Under the pieces are notes generated by a model. The model had not been told where the DNA came from, made no database searches, and saw only the letters and a program-made list of their open reading frames with translations. A stretch of DNA of 64,000 nt. Source: an uncultured virus (IMG/VR IMGVR_UViG_3300045996_002278). Lineage: Duplodnaviria > Heunggongvirae > Uroviricota > Caudoviricetes. The translations under genes were made by a program, and so were the position numbers. Below, one piece after another: positions 1-9,439 of this stretch. The stretch lies in IMG/VR virus record IMGVR_UViG_3300045996_002278; one strand, written 5' to 3'. Positions within the stretch are counted from its first letter, which is position 1; every line of letters begins with the position of its first letter.

Positions 1-159
1 AAGGATACGGCCTGGGGTCTCCTGAACGGGGTCACCCAGTTCGTAGATCACGAGTACGGGAGAACACCCTCCAGGCGGCTCGAGCGGGCCTGGTTCGGTC
101 AGGGCGATTACGTGAAGCGCCGGGCCAAGCGGGTGTTGCTGGAACATGCCAACCGATAG
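1..159 (+). CDS. DUF932 (TIGR03299-like) phage/plasmid protein, C-terminal fragment
   Basis: Frame 1 reads KDTAWGLLNGVTQFVDHEYGRTPSRRLERAWFGQGDYVKRRA, matching the typical DUF932 C-terminus (TAWG.LN.VT..VDH...AWFG.G). Truncated by the window edge. Confidence 0.75.
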   Translation, partial: KDTAWGLLNGVTQFVDHEYGRTPSRRLERAWFGQGDYVKRRAKRVLLEHANR

Positions 160-463
160 GTGGTGGGACGTCAAGCTCCCGAACGGGACGGACGTCAAGG
201 TGAAGGCGGAGACCCAGGATCGTGCCTACTATCTGGTAGGCATGACTCCTCCGCCGGAGTCCGAGGACATGCCCATAGATCTACGGGCGTTGCACCGGCT
301 CGATCTCCTGGGGATCGAGCTGCTTCGGGTCAGCAACCTGATCAAGCAGGGTCGGGTAGAGAAAGCCTCAGAGGCGTTGCAGGACATCGAGGCGAACGAG
401 CTCCAAGACCTGGACGAGATCCTCAACGAGTGGATCATGAATCGGGAGGGCTCGCTCCCGTGA
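146..463 (+). CDS. hypothetical protein
   Basis: 105-aa ORF packed between neighbouring genes. Confidence 0.65.
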   Translation: MPTDRWWDVKLPNGTDVKVKAETQDRAYYLVGMTPPPESEDMPIDLRALHRLDLLGIELLRVSNLIKQGRVEKASEALQDIEANELQDLDEILNEWIMNREGSLP

Positions 464-633
464 AGGTCCATCCCAAAGACCTTAACCAGATGGTTGACGC
501 GTACATCAAGAAGCTCTACACCCAGGAGACGTTGGCCGAGATGTACGAGGACGATTACGACAAGCTTCGGATACGAGTGCGGGTAGGTCTTCAGGCCGCC
601 CTCGACGTGCTGGAACCTTTGTCACCTTACTAA
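460..633 (+). CDS. hypothetical protein
   Basis: GTGA overlap with the upstream stop, GGAGG upstream; reads MKVHPKDLNQMVDAY... Confidence 0.55.
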   Translation: MKVHPKDLNQMVDAYIKKLYTQETLAEMYEDDYDKLRIRVRVGLQAALDVLEPLSPY

Positions 634-641
634 GGAGGTAG

Positions 642-935
642 GTGATGCCCTTGGATCGCAAGACCGAGCAGCTCTTCGAGGGGATTGCGGATGAGCTGAT
701 CACTCGGGTATCCAACATGGAGATGCTACCGGACGATCTCTATCTGGCCCTGAATATCCTCATCGACAAGCTCCAGGTTTATCAGGAGTCTATCGAGGAC
801 GAGGACATCTTCGGGGATGACGACGACCTGGAGGCCGACCTCGAGGAGGCGGCCGGCGACCTCGAGCGGGAGCTAGGAGAGAAGGAGAGCTGGAAGCCGC
901 GGGGTACGGACATGGAGGGGAGGCCGCCCTACTGA
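642..935 (+). CDS. acidic hypothetical protein
   Basis: Strong RBS TAAGGAGGT; D/E-rich C-terminal half. Confidence 0.7.
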   Translation: MMPLDRKTEQLFEGIADELITRVSNMEMLPDDLYLALNILIDKLQVYQESIEDEDIFGDDDDLEADLEEAAGDLERELGEKESWKPRGTDMEGRPPY

Positions 936-1291
936 TGTCGCGGCGCCGGATCGTTCAGACCCAGACGGACATCGAGAACCCTCAGCTCTCGGGGCTGCCG
1001 TACTATCTGCGGCAGCTCCACGCCCGGCGGTACCTCGATGTGCTGAAGATGGCCGCGGCCAGCCCCGGGTTCACCCAGAAGGAGCTGGCCGTAGAGATGG
1101 GACTGCACGCCTCGAACGTGGGCTACCTCTGCCGCCACCTCGAGGAGCACGGGTTGCTGGTCAAGCGGAAGTTTGGTAGCGGCTGGGGCAAGGGTCAACC
1201 CCCAGGGAGGTACTGGCTGCCTAACGATAAATATTTACCGTCAGAGGATCGCGGACATAATAACGCTCCGTCCACTGACCCATCAGAGTAG
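935..1291 (+). CDS. winged helix-turn-helix (MarR-like) DNA-binding protein
   Basis: PGFTQKELAVEMGLHASNVGYLCRHLEEHGLL wHTH pattern. Confidence 0.75.
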   Translation: MSRRRIVQTQTDIENPQLSGLPYYLRQLHARRYLDVLKMAAASPGFTQKELAVEMGLHASNVGYLCRHLEEHGLLVKRKFGSGWGKGQPPGRYWLPNDKYLPSEDRGHNNAPSTDPSE

Positions 1292-1742
1292 TCCCCGCCG
1301 CTCGCTTGGGCTCCGGAGGCAGGGAGTCCAGGCGGGCGCCTCCCATCATACCGCCCGCCTTCTGCTGGTACTCGAACAGCCGACACCTGGTAAATAGCTC
1401 GATCGGATGCTTCGCGCTGGGAGGACCGGGCGGACCATTCAGGGCGTGGTGCATCAGCTCATGCGCAACCACCCACCCCTCGTTCTCCAAGCCGACGGTG
1501 AGATAGACCGTATCCGGGGCAGCCCACTCTCCCTTCAGCAGCTGGTCCTGAAAGTAGGTGGAGTCCCGGACCAGGAAGACGACCTGCTCCAGGGTCTTCG
1601 TGGTATCCCGCTCCGATCCGGCGCAGGCCACCACGCGGTTCCACAGCTCACGGACAGATTCATCGGGGTAGAGGCGTTCTCGCACCTGGGCTGATGCGAC
1701 CTGAGGCAGGAACAACAGGAGTGCTACAAGAAGGCCGCGCAT
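1221..1742 (-). CDS. secreted HExxH zinc-metallopeptidase-like protein
   Basis: N-terminal signal peptide (MRGLLVALLLFLPQVASA) and VVAHELMHH motif. Confidence 0.65.
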   Translation of the reverse strand: MRGLLVALLLFLPQVASAQVRERLYPDESVRELWNRVVACAGSERDTTKTLEQVVFLVRDSTYFQDQLLKGEWAAPDTVYLTVGLENEGWVVAHELMHHALNGPPGPPSAKHPIELFTRCRLFEYQQKAGGMMGGARLDSLPPEPKRAAGTTLMGQWTERYYVRDPLTVNIYR

Positions 1743-1798
1743 GGTCTGCTCGAGTAAGGGTTACTACCAGACTAATATGCGGCCAAGCTCGGATGCCA

Positions 1799-1872
1799 TC
1801 AGGTGGACGGGACTCGAACCCGCATCTCCGGGGCCACAGCCCGGCGCTCTGACCATTTGAGCTACTCACCTA
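1799..1872 (-). tRNA. tRNA-His(GTG)-like gene with irregular acceptor stem
   Basis: D arm TAGCTCAAATGGTCAGAGC; anticodon arm CCGGG-CTGTGGC-CCCGG; T arm GCGGG-TTCGAGT-CCCGT. The acceptor pairs only with a bulged A. No encoded CCA. Confidence 0.8.
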
Positions 1873-1875
1873 GGG

Positions 1876-2307
1876 TTACAGCCCGGCGGTCTCCCCGTAC
1901 GGTGCCATAAGCAGGGGCCTGAGGCGGTACAGGTTCTTGAAGTTCCCCCAAGCCAGGGACCACTTAGTCAGGTCCGTCCGGAACAGCTCGTCGGGCACCG
2001 TGTGGGGCATCAGAAACCAGTCGTTGCACACCCCCAGGAGCACGTAGCAGCGACCTCGAGACAACACCCAATCCCGAAGCCGGTTCCGCTGGTTGGGGGT
2101 CACGTCAATCTTCAGGGTCGTGGTCTCTCGGGCCGGGTACGCCTTGATGTACTTCAGCTCCACCAGACCCTCCTGCCCGTCCTGGTTGTACAGGACATCT
2201 GGATGGCCGTGGTCCGAAATTATCTTCCAGGCTATGTGGGTTGGCGGCGTGTGCAGGACCGGCTTGATCTTCTGCGCCCAGAACGCCGCCTCGTTAGCGA
2301 CAGCCAT
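1876..2307 (-). CDS. PD-(D/E)xK nuclease (VRR-NUC / Holliday-junction-resolvase-like)
   Basis: Start re-called at MAVANEAAFW; motifs E...GHPDVL...LVELK...TPNQRNRL. Confidence 0.7.
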   Translation of the reverse strand: MAVANEAAFWAQKIKPVLHTPPTHIAWKIISDHGHPDVLYNQDGQEGLVELKYIKAYPARETTTLKIDVTPNQRNRLRDWVLSRGRCYVLLGVCNDWFLMPHTVPDELFRTDLTKWSLAWGNFKNLYRLRPLLMAPYGETAGL

Positions 2308-2413
2308 CAGCCGCTCAGCGCCACGACCGAGCAGGCCAGGAACAGCCAGCCACCCAGGGTGAGGTTCACCTCGATACCCTCGTCGGTCCACTTGATGATA
2401 AGAAACGGGAACA

Positions 2414-2767
2414 TCATGTGATCGGGTCTCCCATCTGCTTACGGTAGCGCTTGTACTTCTTCCACTGGCGACCTGAAAGCCCCTGGATCGTGTGAGAGTG
2501 ATGGAACACCTGGTCCTTGCCCAGCTTGTAGATCTGGGTATCCATCCCCCGGCGGATCGCCTTCTCGGTGATCGTGCGCAGGTTGATGCTGGAACCCAGG
2601 TTCCACTTGCCGGCCCGGACCCGGATGTGCTGGGTGGCCGGTACCTTACCCGTGAAACGAATGCCACGGGGCAGCGAGATGCTACGGACAACCTGGTTCG
2701 CCTTCTCCATCAGTTCCAGGGTGCGCGCTTCGCGATCCGTGTCGAGAATCAACGGTTGTTCGTTCAT
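2414..2767 (-). CDS. hypothetical basic protein
   Basis: 117-aa ORF in the operon with 4-nt overlaps. Confidence 0.6.
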   Translation of the reverse strand: MNEQPLILDTDREARTLELMEKANQVVRSISLPRGIRFTGKVPATQHIRVRAGKWNLGSSINLRTITEKAIRRGMDTQIYKLGKDQVFHHSHTIQGLSGRQWKKYKRYRKQMGDPIT

Positions 2768-3099
2768 TCGCAGATGTCGCCTCGGTGCTGGTACTGAACG
2801 ATCAGGTCAAGAACCTGGGCATAGCCAGCCAGGTCGAGACGGTTGTCGTACTTCGGCTTGTGGGCTTCCCGCTGGATCTTGAGGAGCTGCATGCACTGGA
2901 CCACATCCTCGGGCGTGATCTCTGCATCATCCCGGAGCTTTCCCTTGGCTGCCAGGAGGGTTGTCCAGAAGTCCGCGACCACCGAGAACGCGTAGTAGGG
3001 GTGTCCATAATCCTCCTGCCGACCGGTCCCGTCCTGGCTCGGACCACCCACCAGCATGTCGGCGTGGGCGCAAAGGTTCATACCCTCATGCGTTGCCAC
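2764..3099 (-). CDS. DUF6378-like phage protein
   Basis: RQEDYGHP...F...ADFW...M.LLKI.R......DNRLDLAGYA pattern. Confidence 0.7.
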   Translation of the reverse strand: MATHEGMNLCAHADMLVGGPSQDGTGRQEDYGHPYYAFSVVADFWTTLLAAKGKLRDDAEITPEDVVQCMQLLKIQREAHKPKYDNRLDLAGYAQVLDLIVQYQHRGDICE

Positions 3100-3466
3100 T
3101 GGTCACCTCCTGCACCACAACCTCTTCCCGGGCCAGGCGGGTATCCCCGCGATCGGCGTTGGGCCACAGGGTCTGCGCATCCATCTGCGTCTCGTCCCAG
3201 GGTGGGAACTGGAACCGCTCCGAGTTGGCGTAGATCGGGTAGTCGGTCCGGAGGTAGTGGAACTTCCACTGCTCCCAGGCGAACTCGATGATCTCGACCT
3301 GCTCGGGTGTCACGGTGTACCCGGATAGGGCGCGGTGGAAGACCTGGTAGTCGATCCGGGACATGCGAAGACGCCGCCAGGCGTTCTTCACGGTGCCGAA
3401 CAGAGCCAGGATGTCCTGCTGCTTATCGCGATGCAGGAGGGCCGTTCGGATCATGGGTCGTGCCAA
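3086..3466 (-). CDS. hypothetical protein
   Basis: 126-aa ORF in the operon. Confidence 0.55.
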   Translation of the reverse strand: MARPMIRTALLHRDKQQDILALFGTVKNAWRRLRMSRIDYQVFHRALSGYTVTPEQVEIIEFAWEQWKFHYLRTDYPIYANSERFQFPPWDETQMDAQTLWPNADRGDTRLAREEVVVQEVTSGNA

Positions 3467-3523
3467 GAGAAGCTCTCAGTTCAAGGGTTAGGAATAGAGT
3501 AAAACTTCTAATACCTCGGACGT

Positions 3524-3661
3524 TTAACTCTTGTGTTTTTGAGCATCGTGCTCAGGTAGGTCGAAGTCCGGACCCGCGTTCACCGGGCGCTTACAGACGT
3601 AACACAGCTTCATGATCGCCTGGTTCGTCGTGCCGCAGCGGGGACACTTCCAGATGTTCAT
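3524..3661 (-). CDS. RanBP2-type zinc-finger microprotein (45 aa)
   Basis: Not in the ORF track. MNIWKCPRCGTTNQAIMKLCYVCKRP... fits W-x-C-x2-C-x3-N-x6-C-x2-C. ATGA overlap with the upstream gene. Confidence 0.75.
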   Translation of the reverse strand: MNIWKCPRCGTTNQAIMKLCYVCKRPVNAGPDFDLPEHDAQKHKS

Positions 3662-4089
3662 ATCTGTCCCTCGTACTGGGGTGCCGTGCCCATGTGAAAG
3701 AGAGATACACCTGCTTTACGAAGCAGTGCAAGAGGTTCAGTAAGACGGTACGCTTCTCGATACACCACCAGATAGATCCCAGCGTTAATGATCAACGCAG
3801 CACAAGACTCACACGGAGAGTGAGTCGCGTAGAGGATTCGTCCCTGTGGATATGGGGACTTGATAAGAGCATTAGCCTCCGCGTGGACGCAGCCGCAGTT
3901 GCCGGGTTCATCAGCCCGACATTTGTGGGGCATCCCGGCAGGGGGTCCGTTATAGCCGATCCCCAGGATTCGAGTGTGCTGCTCATCGGTTACGACCGCG
4001 CCCACCTGGAGGAGACGCTCACAGACCGATCGCTGGGAGACTACCGCCGCGATCTGCAACATCATTTCCTGTTTCGTAATGCGGGGCAC
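3658..4089 (-). CDS. dCMP deaminase family protein
   Basis: VGAVV, GYNG, HAEANAL and SPCESC zinc motifs. Confidence 0.9.
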   Translation of the reverse strand: MPRITKQEMMLQIAAVVSQRSVCERLLQVGAVVTDEQHTRILGIGYNGPPAGMPHKCRADEPGNCGCVHAEANALIKSPYPQGRILYATHSPCESCAALIINAGIYLVVYREAYRLTEPLALLRKAGVSLFHMGTAPQYEGQI

Positions 4090-4375
4090 GCGGTGTTCCT
4101 TTCTGGTAGTCGTTCAGACAGCCGACCAGGTACTCCACCAAGGCCGGATCGTCGTGGTAGCCAAGGGTTGTCGAGTACCCCGGTTGGCGAAAGCGGATCG
4201 CGTAGTGGTACCGTTGGTTCGGCTGGGTGTCGCTCTTCAGGTCACGCTCTGCAAACCACGGCGGCAGACCCCGCATAGCTGCTGGCTCCTGGTAGGGTTG
4301 TTCGTTTAATTCCTGCTGCCTCTTCTTCGACCGATTCACGCGAACCGTACGAGAGGGCGGTTCGAAGTACGACAT
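4019..4375 (-). CDS. hypothetical protein
   Basis: 118-aa ORF with TAATG coupling to the upstream ORF. Confidence 0.5.
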   Translation of the reverse strand: MSYFEPPSRTVRVNRSKKRQQELNEQPYQEPAAMRGLPPWFAERDLKSDTQPNQRYHYAIRFRQPGYSTTLGYHDDPALVEYLVGCLNDYQKGTPRAPHYETGNDVADRGGSLPAIGL

Positions 4376-4540
4376 TATCTGGGCCTGCTTCTCCGGTTTT
4401 CAAGGATCTCCACCACGACCATCTCGCCCTTCTTGATGACGTTCCCCTCAGGCCTTCCCTGGGGCAAGGTCCATTCGGCCAAGCACCGCTGTCCCTCGAT
4501 GGTACCATCGTGGACCAAGAGGCGTACTACCACGGCCAAC

Positions 4541-5461
4541 TTATCCTGGACCAGGGGGTGTGAGGCTATACGCATTACTCTCTTCCTTCCGGTATCGGCG
4601 CCCCATCCGGCCACGAAGGTTGGTCGGGCGTGACTTGAGGAGCTGGTACTTATGGAACTCGCAGAGTGTGTGTTCAATATCGGCCAGGCTGCAGTGGGGT
4701 TTCTCCTTCCAGGCGACATCGTTCCAGTCCAATCCCTGGTTATTCAGCACCTTGTCTCGGAGCTGCTGCAGGGTCCGAATGTCGGTTCCCATCTGCTCGA
4801 GCATCGAGCCTGACCCTCCCCCGGTGTTTCCTCCCTTCGCCTTGAACTTCCCCCCGTTGTTGTGGGTGTAGACCCACTCGTCGTCGGTCAGGTTCCCGAA
4901 CAGGTACGTCATGTCCAGGGCGACCTGATAGGCGGTGAACTTCCCCATCAGGGGAAAGCGCTGAATCATGATCCACGCCTGCTCGAGCCCCGTGGCACGC
5001 CACAGGTCCTGGGCTAGCAGGTAGGTGGGTGACCACGTGGACACCGCGGCCTCCACCCGCGCGAGGTAGTCCTTCCCCGGGTAGTTGCTCAGGGGTGGTA
5101 CCGTCCAGGCCCGGGTGGCGATCGTGTCGCCTCGCTGCTGCCGTGCCCGCATCTTCTTCATCCCCAGAAGGAACTGGGCGCCCCGGGCGGTTGGGCCGCC
5201 AAACGCCTCCTTCCAGGCGTCCACGTTGTTGAACACTCGGTACAGAAGAACGCTGAAGACGGTGTCCTCCAAGATACTACTCTTACGCATGATGTTCTTG
5301 ATCAGAAACTGCGTCCCTGGATCTAGCTCCCGATGCACGTTCACAAACCAGTAGCTGTGAAGGGTCGGGTCCTTCGTCCAGGGCCGTGGAATCTGAAGCA
5401 CCTCCCTTCGGTGCCAGATCGCTTGTCGTTCGTACGCAAACCGCCAGAACTCCTCGATCAT
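4541..5461 (-). CDS. aGPT-Pplase1 / HMUDK_hel-like DNA base-hypermodification protein (helical, HhH-glycosylase-like)
   Basis: FAYERQAIWHRR...PWTKDPTL..YWFVNVHRELD.GT; LYRVFN; G.FTAYQVALDM; DIEHTLCEFHKY. Confidence 0.8.
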   Translation of the reverse strand: MIEEFWRFAYERQAIWHRREVLQIPRPWTKDPTLHSYWFVNVHRELDPGTQFLIKNIMRKSSILEDTVFSVLLYRVFNNVDAWKEAFGGPTARGAQFLLGMKKMRARQQRGDTIATRAWTVPPLSNYPGKDYLARVEAAVSTWSPTYLLAQDLWRATGLEQAWIMIQRFPLMGKFTAYQVALDMTYLFGNLTDDEWVYTHNNGGKFKAKGGNTGGGSGSMLEQMGTDIRTLQQLRDKVLNNQGLDWNDVAWKEKPHCSLADIEHTLCEFHKYQLLKSRPTNLRGRMGRRYRKEESNAYSLTPPGPG

Positions 5462-5581
5462 TCGCCCTTCCAGCCGTAGGTTCCCTCGGCCAGCTTAAAG
5501 TAGAACAGCTCAGGGTACGCCAGCCAGTAGTTATCCATCGTCACCAGCTGGCCTACGAATTGGACCGTCACATTCCTCTGC

Positions 5582-7432
5582 TTAAGCGGCAGCCGCATAG
5601 TCGATCTCTCCCACGTGTCCCCAGTCTGGTCCCTTCTCGGCCTCGGCGATGATCGGGACCGTGAGCTGGTAGTCCTCCATCATCTCCTTCAGCCGCTTGG
5701 CTTCCCGTACACCATCCGGACCCTTGGGGATGGACAGGTCCAGTTCGTCATGCACGGTCAGGTGGAGCTGGGTGGTCACCCAGTCAATCTCGTTCCCCAC
5801 CCGGACCATCGCCTTCTTGATCAGGTCGGCCGCGGAGCCCTGGAGGAGTCCGTTGAGCGCCTTGTGACCACCGATGTACGCGGACTTATCCCGCTTGAGG
5901 TTCCACCCACGGGCCAGGGCCTCCTCCCGGGGCATGAACCGCCGCTTGCGGCCACCCCAGGTCAGGATGTACCCACGCTTCTTGGCCCGCCGCATGGCCT
6001 TGTCGTACAGGGGTTGAATCTCCGGCAACCGGGTGTGGTACGTCTTCAGCTTCTCCTTGGCCTCCTCCATCGAGCATCCCAGCTGTTCCGCGGTAGCAGC
6101 CACCCCCTGGCCATAGATCACGGCAAAGTTGAAGGTCTTCGCGTCAGGTCTCTGAAGACCCGTAAGCAGCGAGGCCATTCGGTGGAAATCCTGATCAGGG
6201 TTCTCGTTGTAGGCCTTACGTAGAATGCCACCTGCGTAATGCGCCAGGAAGCGATACTCGATTTGGGAGTAGTCAATCTTGAGCCAGTCCTGATTATCCG
6301 GGTCCATTGGTATGAATAGACCACGGATAAGAGGCGCCATTTCCTCGTCTCGCGCCGGGACATTCTGTAGATTGAGACCACCCCCGGAGGAGAAACGACC
6401 CGATACCGTACCATATCGCTCGTTTCGCATCTGATGGAACTCGCCATGGATCACCCCGTCCGGGTCAACGTTCTTCAGGATGTAGTTCTCGAGGAACGTG
6501 CCGGTGTAATGCCCCAGCTTGCGCCGGGCCAGCACGAGCTTCGCTACTGGGTGAGGCAGCCGCTTCAGCCAATCCGCCGGGAAGGAGGGGTTGCCCCCAG
6601 ATTCCTTCCCCTTCTTGTTGATGAAGGTGTCGGTCTTCGGATACGCGATCCCTAGCTTGTCGAACAACGCCGCCATCTGCTTCGGGCTGTCGACGTTCAC
6701 GTCATACCCGATCAGGCTGTACCACTGCTCCATTACCCGTTCTTCTTCCTGCTGAAACCCTTGCTGGGTCTGGTACGTCTTGGCCACGTCCACCCGGACG
6801 CCCAGCAGGTGCATCTTCAACAGGATTGGCAGGAGCTGGGTCTCAACCTGGTAGATGTCGTCCAGCTCCTCAGTGTTGATCTGTGGACGCCGTTTATCGT
6901 AAAAGACCAGGGTGCCCCAGGCGTCATCCGAGGCGTAGGGCGCCACGATGTGTCCCGGCGCCCGGTGGTAGTTCTCGGCCTGCGCATCTCGGGTGGGAGC
7001 GCCACCAAAGTGGAGGGCACAGTACTTGTTCAGCTCCTCATCGTTCTTGCCCATCCCGCAGTACTTCTGGAGCTGGAACTCCAGGGACATGGACTCGTCC
7101 AACTCGTTGAGGAGGGGCGCCAAGATGCTCCCGTCCTCGATGTTGTACCGGACCGGGATGCCCTCGTACGCCATCATCCGCATGTCGAAGGGGCCATTGA
7201 AGAAGATCTTTCTCAGCCCCCGGCGGGTCAGATTATCCTTCGCCCACGCCCGGACCTGCTCAACGGTGCAGTTGTTCCCGGTGGGATGACCCCAGGACAG
7301 GTACTTCTTCGTCCCGTCGGGCAAGGCCCACGACAGCCCCACAGGTCGGTTATGGTAACGGAGACCATTGGTCTCCGTATCCAGGCCTACCCGATCAGCT
7401 AAGAACAGGTTCGGGAACAGATCAGCGGACAT
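5582..7432 (-). CDS. polA: family A DNA polymerase with 3'-5' exonuclease
   Basis: Exo I GLDTET; TVSGRFSS; NLQNVP; motif A DYSQIEYR; motif B AKTFNFAVIYG; motif C VHDEL. Confidence 0.95.
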   Translation of the reverse strand: MSADLFPNLFLADRVGLDTETNGLRYHNRPVGLSWALPDGTKKYLSWGHPTGNNCTVEQVRAWAKDNLTRRGLRKIFFNGPFDMRMMAYEGIPVRYNIEDGSILAPLLNELDESMSLEFQLQKYCGMGKNDEELNKYCALHFGGAPTRDAQAENYHRAPGHIVAPYASDDAWGTLVFYDKRRPQINTEELDDIYQVETQLLPILLKMHLLGVRVDVAKTYQTQQGFQQEEERVMEQWYSLIGYDVNVDSPKQMAALFDKLGIAYPKTDTFINKKGKESGGNPSFPADWLKRLPHPVAKLVLARRKLGHYTGTFLENYILKNVDPDGVIHGEFHQMRNERYGTVSGRFSSGGGLNLQNVPARDEEMAPLIRGLFIPMDPDNQDWLKIDYSQIEYRFLAHYAGGILRKAYNENPDQDFHRMASLLTGLQRPDAKTFNFAVIYGQGVAATAEQLGCSMEEAKEKLKTYHTRLPEIQPLYDKAMRRAKKRGYILTWGGRKRRFMPREEALARGWNLKRDKSAYIGGHKALNGLLQGSAADLIKKAMVRVGNEIDWVTTQLHLTVHDELDLSIPKGPDGVREAKRLKEMMEDYQLTVPIIAEAEKGPDWGHVGEIDYAAAA

Positions 7433-7640
7433 CCCGATACCTGAGCAGGTCCGTCTTGAACTGCGTCCACGCCTTGTCGATCGTCTCGATCGCCTTCTCG
7501 ACGTCGGGATCGTTCGCCAGGTTGGACTTCCCCTGGAGAAGCTGGGAACCCTGCTCGACCAGCTGCAGCATCATGTTCATCCCACCTTCCAGCTGGGCGC
7601 GCTGGTAGTCCGCCTCAGTCACATGAGGCATCTTTGTCAT
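7422..7640 (-). CDS. hypothetical protein
   Basis: 72-aa ORF with AGGA RBS. Confidence 0.6.
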   Translation of the reverse strand: MTKMPHVTEADYQRAQLEGGMNMMLQLVEQGSQLLQGKSNLANDPDVEKAIETIDKAWTQFKTDLLRYRDVR

Positions 7641-7800
7641 CTTGCTCTTTCCTTTCCAGTTGCGTATACTCCCAGTGGAGCATCACCAGGCGGTTGAAGA
7701 TATTGCCCACCCGGTGGGTGCGTGGATCGTTCTGTCCGTGGTCCTTGATAAAGGACCGAACGAGGTCAACATCGGCCTCGGACAATTCCACGTGGATCAC
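7615..7800 (-). CDS. hypothetical protein
   Basis: 61-aa ORF with AAGGAGG upstream. Confidence 0.55.
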   Translation of the reverse strand: MIHVELSEADVDLVRSFIKDHGQNDPRTHRVGNIFNRLVMLHWEYTQLERKEQDDKDASCD

Positions 7801-7802
7801 GG

Positions 7803-8213
7803 TTACTCTTCCTCCTTACGACGGTCCATAAAGGGACCATGCTTCGTATAGATACCCAGATTATGCCGCCGCCGAATCAACTGCTGGCGGAGTTGAATAA
7901 GATCGAATGCGAACCGACTCAGGGTAGCCTCGATCTCCCGGGCCATCTTCACCCCATCCCGGACGAACTGGACCTCCCCGATCCGAACCTTGTACTGGGC
8001 GGTCTTCTTCTCCATCGCCTGCGCGTGCCGTACCCCTTCAATCAGGGTGTCAATCAGATAGTCGTGCACGTCGTGCTCCGGATGGCCAGCCGGTTCCAAC
8101 ACCTGTGGTCCCCATATCTTTACCTGCCGGGCACGATCAGCGTCCCGCCTCTTCTCGTACTCGAGAATGGGCGGGTTCTTCTCTTGAAGCCGGTCCTCCC
8201 TGCGACGGTTCAT
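7803..8213 (-). CDS. hypothetical protein
   Basis: Start re-called at MNRRREDRLQ, ATGA overlap with the TS homolog stop. Confidence 0.6.
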   Translation of the reverse strand: MNRRREDRLQEKNPPILEYEKRRDADRARQVKIWGPQVLEPAGHPEHDVHDYLIDTLIEGVRHAQAMEKKTAQYKVRIGEVQFVRDGVKMAREIEATLSRFAFDLIQLRQQLIRRRHNLGIYTKHGPFMDRRKEEE

Positions 8214-9133
8214 TCGCTCCGCTGGCGTTCGTGATACAGCCCCCGGTACAAGGCGGGCAAGTCCTCCACCCGCTTGTGGAAGCGGAACGCCAGCACCTTC
8301 AGGTAGTCCAACCATACGTTGTAGTCGTGCTCCTTGTCACGTTCCCACGTATAGATAATGTCCTGCATGATTGCGGGGTCCTGGGAGGTGATGCCCAGGA
8401 AGAAGGTCTCCATCCAGGGTGGCATGGATGACAGGGGAGGCGAGGCGAAGCCCTCCGGGATCAGCCAGATGGGGTTGCATAGCTCCGCAACCGCCTGGGC
8501 CTTCTCGTAATGCTCCTCGTACAGGTGAAGGCTACCCACGTTGTGGGTGTAGCTGCCCAGACCCACGGCCAGCATCACCGCAAGGTACCGCTGGATCTGG
8601 GTGAAGGTGAACACGTCGTACGGGAATCCCAGCCACAGGTCGTTAGACCTCATCGTCACGACACAGTGGAGCAGGTCATGACGGATTAAAAACTGCATCG
8701 ACAGGGTACACGGGATGTCCCTGGTGCCCGCCGGTCTCTCCCGCCAGAGGTTGATCACGGCCTGGCGGCTGTCGCGGTCGTTCTGCAAGGTCCGAACCAC
8801 GTACTGGAGCTGCTCGACAACCTTGGGGCCATACGCCCCAAAGAAATGCATCCCATCGTCCGAGAACTGCCTGATGTTGCCATTGTACGGGGCGATGGTA
8901 CGCACGTCGTTCCGGCCGAACATGATCCATAGCCACTCCGCGACCTGGAACTGATAGTTGAGGTTCCGTTCCCGCAGGGTCACCACGTTGTACGCCGGGT
9001 TCTGGAGGACCAGGGTAGACCCGATCGTCTCCACCGTCTTCTTCCCTCGAGGGGAGACCCCGTGGCCCTCCCGGCACAGGCCATAGATCGCCCGACAGTA
9101 CAGGTCGTTAACTGTTGACGCGACGATTCGCAC
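8210..9133 (-). CDS. thymidylate-synthase-family enzyme, Asp-type (dCMP hydroxymethylase/methylase-like)
   Basis: GAYG, DSRQAVI, catalytic DIPC, MRSNDLWLGFPYD, GSLHLY. Asp replaces the dUMP-specifying Asn. Confidence 0.85.
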   Translation of the reverse strand: MRIVASTVNDLYCRAIYGLCREGHGVSPRGKKTVETIGSTLVLQNPAYNVVTLRERNLNYQFQVAEWLWIMFGRNDVRTIAPYNGNIRQFSDDGMHFFGAYGPKVVEQLQYVVRTLQNDRDSRQAVINLWRERPAGTRDIPCTLSMQFLIRHDLLHCVVTMRSNDLWLGFPYDVFTFTQIQRYLAVMLAVGLGSYTHNVGSLHLYEEHYEKAQAVAELCNPIWLIPEGFASPPLSSMPPWMETFFLGITSQDPAIMQDIIYTWERDKEHDYNVWLDYLKVLAFRFHKRVEDLPALYRGLYHERQRSE

Positions 9134-9437
9134 CGACTAACTCCTCTCCAAGCGCGAACATCTGGGCGCGCTGTCCCAGGTGCCGGGCCACTAACTCCAG
9201 GATTTTGAGTGACATCTCGAGAACCCGACGCCGCTGCTCGGTCCGGTGCCGGCGCTGATCCATCACCCGGAAATCCTGCTCGATCTCCCGACACAGCAGT
9301 TCCATGAGATGGACACTGTCCTGAGATCGGTGTTCCGCCAAAAGTACGAGGGCGTCCTGTTCTCCGTTCTCAAGAATGCGGTCCTCTAGCTGCATGCGCA
9401 GCTTGTCCGCACGTACCAACACCGATGCGACTGGCAT
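9108..9437 (-). CDS. hypothetical helical protein
   Basis: Start re-called at MPVASVLV after AGGAG. Confidence 0.55.
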   Translation of the reverse strand: MPVASVLVRADKLRMQLEDRILENGEQDALVLLAEHRSQDSVHLMELLCREIEQDFRVMDQRRHRTEQRRRVLEMSLKILELVARHLGQRAQMFALGEELVGANRRVNS

Positions 9438-9439
9438 AC

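Noticed and set aside
8210..9133. Ordinary thyA
   Set aside because: Asp at the specificity position and a separate thyX argue against a plain dTMP synthase, so no gene symbol was assigned.
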